Origin: Oikopleura dioica
Lineage: Eukaryota > Animalia > Chordata
Direction of reading: 5' to 3'
NCBI GenBank assembly: GCA_907165135.1
Contig: OU015566.1
Location: forward strand, 1,488,001 to 1,552,000
Length of the DNA: 64,000 nt
Shown here: piece by piece, positions 58,273-64,000 of the stretch
How positions within the stretch are numbered: the first letter of the stretch is position 1
Layout of the letters: each line of letters begins with the position of its first letter
Program-made: the position numbers and the translations under genes
The notes under the pieces: model-generated
Told to the model about the DNA's origin: nothing
What the model saw: only the letters and a program-made list of their open reading frames with translations
Databases searched by the model: none

Positions 58273-58310
58273 TTAAGGGACCTACCGTGCTCGAATATCC
58301 TTGAAAATTA

Positions 58311-58548
58311 GACTTTAAAATTAAAATGCATTTTTGGATAACCAATAAGATTGCTGTATTATGTACCTACCGGCCAATCAAAACCCTGATCCATAAAATC
58401 ACTTCCATCAATTGGTTAAACCCTAAAAATTGGGGTAGAACCAATTTTTGGAACAGATTTTTATGGGAAGGGTTTTGATAGACCGGTAGGCCAAATACAG
58501 CAATCTTATTGGTAATGCTAAAATTCACTTCCAAAAATTGGTTAAGTC
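58311..58548. mobile_element. Foldback element (inverted arms of ~70 bp)
   Basis: accaataagattgctgtatt...ccataaaatc mirrored by gattttatgg...aatacagcaatcttattggt; related arm at 8070-8190. Confidence 0.75.
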
Positions 58549-58863
58549 CGAAAATGGCTGTTTTTCATGTTTATTTTGTAGGCTTTTAATTTTTCTGAGA
58601 TTAAAATCATTATTTTTCGGATATATTGATAGAATCATCGTTTCCCAAATCAATTTCAATTTCAGTATGTACGCAGATGCAGGAGCTCCACTCCCAAAGC
58701 AGCTTGAATCTATTTATGAACTCGATCCTACTTGGTAGAAAAAAAACCTCTTTCGCTAATTGTAATTGTCACACTCTTTTTTCCTGAGAATAAAAAAAAA
58801 AGAAGAAGAAACTAAATAAAAATCTCATTTAAAATATATTTATTTAGCAAATAGAAAAATATT

Positions 58864-61293
58864 CTAGAAATTTGTTTGATCTTCATCAAACGGATTTTCG
58901 GTTCGTGTTTTTTCTTCGTCGTCAAAAGCGACATTTCTGACGGAAAGTGGACTTTTGTCGACTTCTTCGCGGGAGAAAAGACGATCCAAGGCGGGAAAAA
59001 GGACGATTTTCGGCAGTTGATTCGGGCTGAAAAGACGAGTTATGAAGATGAAGAGGAGAGGAATTGATTGTACCTGATTTTCTTGACCCTGCAGATGATA
59101 AAAGACACTAAGCTTCCTACGACCAGATTGGTAACCAAGCCAAGTGTGCCAAGATAAAGATAGCTAATCGCATAAAGTTGAGCGACAGCTGGATAGTCTG
59201 AGTCATCAAAATCAGAGTCGCACCAAGGATCCGAGCTGTTCGAAGTGCAGGGGAAGTCAGAAGGGTAGCCTTCGCATTGAGATATTGTTTGAGGCGTTAT
59301 TCTTGCCCATTGCGGGTCTGAATGTTTTCTTCACGAAAATAAAAGGGGGTGAACCTGTTTTGTAAATGGTCGAGCCAATATAAGTCCAAACTGCGATTCC
59401 AAGACCACTGAGAAAGCCGACTATTGTGCCGATTTCCTCCGCCCAGGGGTTGAAAAATCCAAGAATAAAAACAGCAAAACTAGTACCACCTAAAAACACA
59501 TGTTTTTGATCAAAAATTAAGTCATTCCCCGTGGTCAAGCAAAGGGCTTGTTTCTTAGAAAATTAACTTACCCATCATTCCATTAACACTCAGCGCAGCT
59601 TGAAGAACGCCGCCAAGATTTGCCGCAATATAAGCAAATCCGATGCAAGCGATTCCAAACAGAACCGTTAAAAGTTTCGATAGGCGGGTGAAAAAGACGT
59701 CACTCTTGTGAGGCAAACGGGGCTGAATGAAATCGGTAATGGCGACTGTTGTCATTGAATTGATTCCGCTCGACACGGTCGAAAGTGTTCCTGAGAACGC
59801 ACCTTTAAAAACGCTTCAGGAGGACTTTATTAAATTAGGGTCACGGGGCTCGGGCAAAAATATGGAAAACCTGAGTCAGGAAAAAAAACAGATTGATTCA
59901 TGAAGCGATTCCTGAAACATAAAGCCCGGCAACTCCAGGAGTCGTCTTAAAAATCACAACTGATAAATATGGCACCAACTGATCTGTCGTATCAACCCAT
60001 CCGGCAGTATAAGGATCGCAGCAGGCATTATACCTAAACATAGAAATTCCAACCAACATTGCAGTAACGACAATCGACGAAATCAGCACCCAAGCGAGGT
60101 AAATCGAAATTCTGAGCTTAATATTTTTTGCGAATCAAGGAAGACTTTCTCTTTTCTTACATTTTTCTTATTCTTCACCGCCAAGGATCTCTGAACCATA
60201 CTTTGCGAGCAGCAGAAGCTATTTCCCCAAGTTCCAAATAAGCCGCCAATAATAATCGTCCAAAATGAATGGCGAATTCGCGGGTCCCAGTCGAACTCGT
60301 CAAATACCCAGTTTTCTGAAAGCTTGTACGGCTCGCTGATGTTTTTGAAGGAGCCAAAATCGACGGAAGCTTTTGAAATGATCGCGACGTAGCCGGAGAG
60401 CATAATGCAGATTTGAAAGGTGTCGGTCCAGACAACAGCTTTGAGGCCTCCAATGCTCGTATAAAAGATGCAAATTCCTCCAATCAGCCAAACGCAAAGC
60501 CACTTATCCAACCCAGTCACCACTTCCAGCGCCGTTGCTGGAGAATAAATCACGATTCCGACATAAAAAATATTCTGCGCAATGAACTCAATCGTCATTA
60601 GTCCTCGAATGACTTTTCCATTCATCTTCGAGGTTTTTCCAAAACGACGTTCGAGATATTCGTAGATGGATGTCAAGCCCATGTCTTTGAACATCGGCCC
60701 GAAAATCTCAGCGGCGAAGATGGAGCAGAAGAGGTAGGTGATGATGAAGTAGATGAACATCGCGTTGTATTTGTAGAACTCGACCGGTGTTGTCAGAATT
60801 GTGATGGCTTTATGAATGATTCAGTTTATTTCAATTCGAAAAAAATCGGAAGATTTGCTGAATCCAAAGCACCATAAATACTCTTTCAATATTGGAAAAC
60901 ACCCAATATTTTTTCCGAAAATAATTGAAAGCTAACTCACAGAAAAATGGAAAGCTGTATATGCCGAAAATTGTGGGCCTTTTTTGTAAATATTATCAGT
61001 CTCTATTGAAACCATAAATTACCTATCTTTTTTCTTTATTATAAAAAATCATTTCCTGAGAAAAACGTCGTCGCCAAACTCATCGCAATCGGATAGGGTG
61101 AAACATTGCCCCCACCCATCATGTACTCATCTGCATTTTTATTCCGATCCTTCCAGGCAAAATAAATCCCGATCACCGTTGAAACTCCAAGAGTGCAGCC
61201 GAGAATCAAATAATCCTGCCATTCGAATGTATCCGTCGATTTCGGTATCTCTTCCGTTTGCCAGCTACAGTACTGCTCTATACTCTCTGCCAT
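58864..61293 (-). CDS. SLC5 sodium:solute symporter (SLC5A6/8/12-like)
   Basis: DYLILG...IGIY, EYMMGG, SIYEYLERRF, GGLKAVVWTDTFQ, DPRIRHSFWT, QSMVQR, STVSSGINSMTTV, GGVLQAALS. Confidence 0.95.
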
Positions 61294-61607
61294 TTCGATG
61301 TTACGAGACCATAAAAAAGAGCTCTTATTAAACTTTTGGAAACAAGTGCCGATTGAAAGTTTGCACGATAAGAGAAAAAAGAAATGTCAGCGGTCAAATA
61401 TTAAAAGTTCAAATAGTGATTTTTTATGCAGAAATCACAAAATTATCGCGTGGCAGAGAGGCAAATTTGACTTGTCACTTGCGCGTGTTCTCTTTTTACT
61501 TACAAAATAGTTCATAAAACAACTTTACAACCAACATTTATTTAGATCAAACCGACAGCTAATCATTTAACTTCTTACAACGGAAAAGAGATAAATTATC
61601 TAAGATA

Positions 61608-63346
61608 ATGAATTCGGAAGAAGCAGAATCTATCAAAGAGTTTTTCTCAAAGGATTTCTCCAATGTTGAAATAAAGGACATAATTTCGAGCTCTGATGAT
61701 GAAAGCTCTGATGAAACAAGCTCTCAACAATTATATAGCAATGCAGAAGAATGGTCATGCGAGGATAATCTTGATCCTGGATGGGAAAAACAGCAGCGAA
61801 GAGTAAAGTTTCAATAAATTAATTGAGAGAGTAAAACCGAGATTTACAGACTTTTGCAGCTTGGTGTAATTCTCATCTACGAAATGTCGGAACAAACATC
61901 GAAGCTGTCGATGTTGACTTCCGTGATGGCGTCAAGCTGATGCTTCTTCTCGAGGTAACATTTATTTAAATATGTTATAATCTTTTCACTTGTCAATCCC
62001 AGGTAATCTCTTGCGAGCGACTTGGTAAGCCGGACAGAGGAAATATGCGATTTCACAAAATCGCTAATGTGAACAAAGCTCTTGATTTCCTTAAAAGAAA
62101 AGGTATTCGATTGGCATCCATTGGTGCCGAGGAGATCGTCGACGGCAACGTCAAAATGACCCTTGGTATGATCTGGACAATCATTCTCAGATTTCACATC
62201 CAAGACATCTCTGTGGATGATTCTTCGGCCAAGGAGGGTCTCCTTCTTTGGTGTCAGCGAGAAACCTCGACGTATAGTAATGTTGACGTCAAAAACATCG
62301 ATAAAAGGTTTTCAGAATACAGTTAATATAAGATGAATAAATAATATTTCCGAGCAAAATGAGATGAAATAGAGGGACAGCTTGCATTTTATTTTCAGTA
62401 GAACAATCTAGATAAATTCGAAAATTTTGCTTTGATAAAAAATTTTCTAGCTGGAAAGATGGACTCGCTTTCTGTGCGTTGATTCACAAACATAGACCTG
62501 AGATTCTGCCACAGTTTTATGATCTTAAAAAGGTACTTTTAAAATCTGATGGCATCTTTATTCTCCTTCATAAAATACTTGCTCAGGAAGATCCGTTTAC
62601 AAATCTCAACTTGGCCTTCGATATTGCTGAAAAACACCTCGACATCCCAAAGATGCTCGATGCTGAATGTAAAAAACATATCTTATTGACTATTTGATTC
62701 AATGTTAAGATCTTGTCAACAATCCAAAACCTGATGAGCGTGCTGTCATGACATATCTTTCCAGCCTTTACCATTGTTTCAATGAGAGGCAATATCAATT
62801 ATTGAATTAAATTATCAACCTTATTTTAAGTAATCTCAATAATAATAATAGCGAAAATTTAACGAAGGTAAATGACAATGGTTCCAAGAAAAATGATACC
62901 GACGAAAATCTTATGAATGAGAATTCTGCAGCAAAAATCATCGATGATTTTAATGAACTAAATCTGAACCCGGATTCTTCGGTGCACCCGAAAACGATTC
63001 AAAAGGATTATTTAAAGTCGACAGGAGAAAGTTTTGACATTAATAAGAAAACAAATTCTGGAATGATAAATAAAAAGACGACGGCTCAAGAAGAATTCAA
63101 AAAGCAAGAAACCTTGGAAAAAAAGAATGGTTCTTTCTTGATATGTTTTAGTAATTATTTATTTTTCTAGCGTTAACTAGAGAATGCAAAATTTGCTGTG
63201 AAAATTTCGACGAAATCCGTTTTGAATGTGTTCTTCTTTGTGGACATCGATTTTGCAAAATTTGTATTCAAGAGATGCCCCAGAAGTTTTGCCCTGTCTG
63301 CAGAAAAGGTTACAGACCGGAACAAGCTATCAAGCTTTTTGACTAA
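61608..63346 (+). CDS. Alpha-actinin-type actin-binding domain (CH1-CH2) fused to a C3HC4 RING finger
   Basis: [21 protein letters not shown]...[25 protein letters not shown]...[11 protein letters not shown]...[13 protein letters not shown]...PKMLDAE...PDERAVMTY. In-phase GC-AG (62789-62830) and GT-AG (63130-63170) introns lead to CKIC...[10 protein letters not shown]...CPVC. Confidence 0.85.
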
Positions 63347-63451
63347 GCTGACTGTCTGATAATTAAAAAACGAATCGTGAAGTGAAAGTGTATTGAAAAG
63401 GGCAGTATGAAAAAAAGGAATATTTTCAAAGGCGAATAAACAGAGAAAAAA

Positions 63452-64000
63452 TCATACAACGAAGTCGAGATAGTAGACCATTTGGCGACGATTATTCCAG
63501 ACGAAGAGAGCTTTCTCGCGCATGTTGTATTGCATTTGCACGATATGACTAAAATAAAAAAAATTTCGAAATCGACGAAGAGAATTATTTACTGATAGCT
63601 GTCTGGGTACTCCACATGAATATCTCTTGTTCTTCCGCTGATTGTATCGATCGCGTATCTATAAAAAAGAAAGAAGAGCATTCTTTTGAAAGTTTACCGA
63701 ATAACACCATCTTTCTTCCCATCAGGCTCGGTCGCATAGAGGACACCACACATCATGAAGATATGCCCTATCTGCTTTGTCGTCGTAGAAGTTTCGATAA
63801 TTTGCTTGACGCTCAAATCCTTAGGGTCGAGGAGCTGAAGCTTCAACCGCTCTTCTTGGTGGTAGTCTTGTGGGCTTACTGACGGGTAGATCACCTTAAT
63901 TTTATTTTTTGAAAACCAGTAGGTAGATGAAAATCCTACCCAGAGACCCCGTTGATCAACCGAAAGCGTAATCCAACTATGCCCTTTCCACGTAAAAGGC
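63452..64000 (-). CDS. Olfactomedin-domain protein, 3' part (runs off the window)
   Basis: LSVDQRGLWVIY, LQLLDPKDLSV, FMMCGVLYAT, QMQYNMREKALFVWNN. Confidence 0.85.

Overview
Eukaryotic, gene-dense, AT-rich animal DNA, most consistent with a larvacean tunicate such as Oikopleura. This is an inference from compact genes, many 37-80 nt introns, several GA-AG and GC-AG introns, an intron-containing connexin, and expanded PLA2-like and lectin-like secreted proteins. I reconstructed about 28 spliced genes by hand; internal splice sites and some gene ends are approximate. Recognisable genes: WSCD-type sulfotransferase, DUF3050 heme-oxygenase-like protein, Cys-loop ion channel, two PLA2-like proteins, GH47 mannosidase, connexin, PLAC8-family protein, beta-1,4-galactosyltransferase, LRR protein, GAPDH, SLC5 transporter and a partial olfactomedin. 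There are many MITE/foldback elements and a 1.5 kb hairpin satellite, but no transposase, rRNA, tRNA or CRISPR array was seen. Most interesting: (1) four tandem two-exon genes (46.6-48.2 kb), absent from the ORF track, encoding 57-58 aa secreted peptides that align with the TGF-beta-family prodomain alpha-1 helix; (2) an alpha-actinin actin-binding domain spliced to a RING finger; (3) an intron-containing bacterial-type DUF3050 gene; (4) a cryptic array of eight ~160 bp His-motif cassettes at 0.1-1.8 kb; (5) a GAPDH with altered cofactor-specificity residues. No database search or structure prediction was run.
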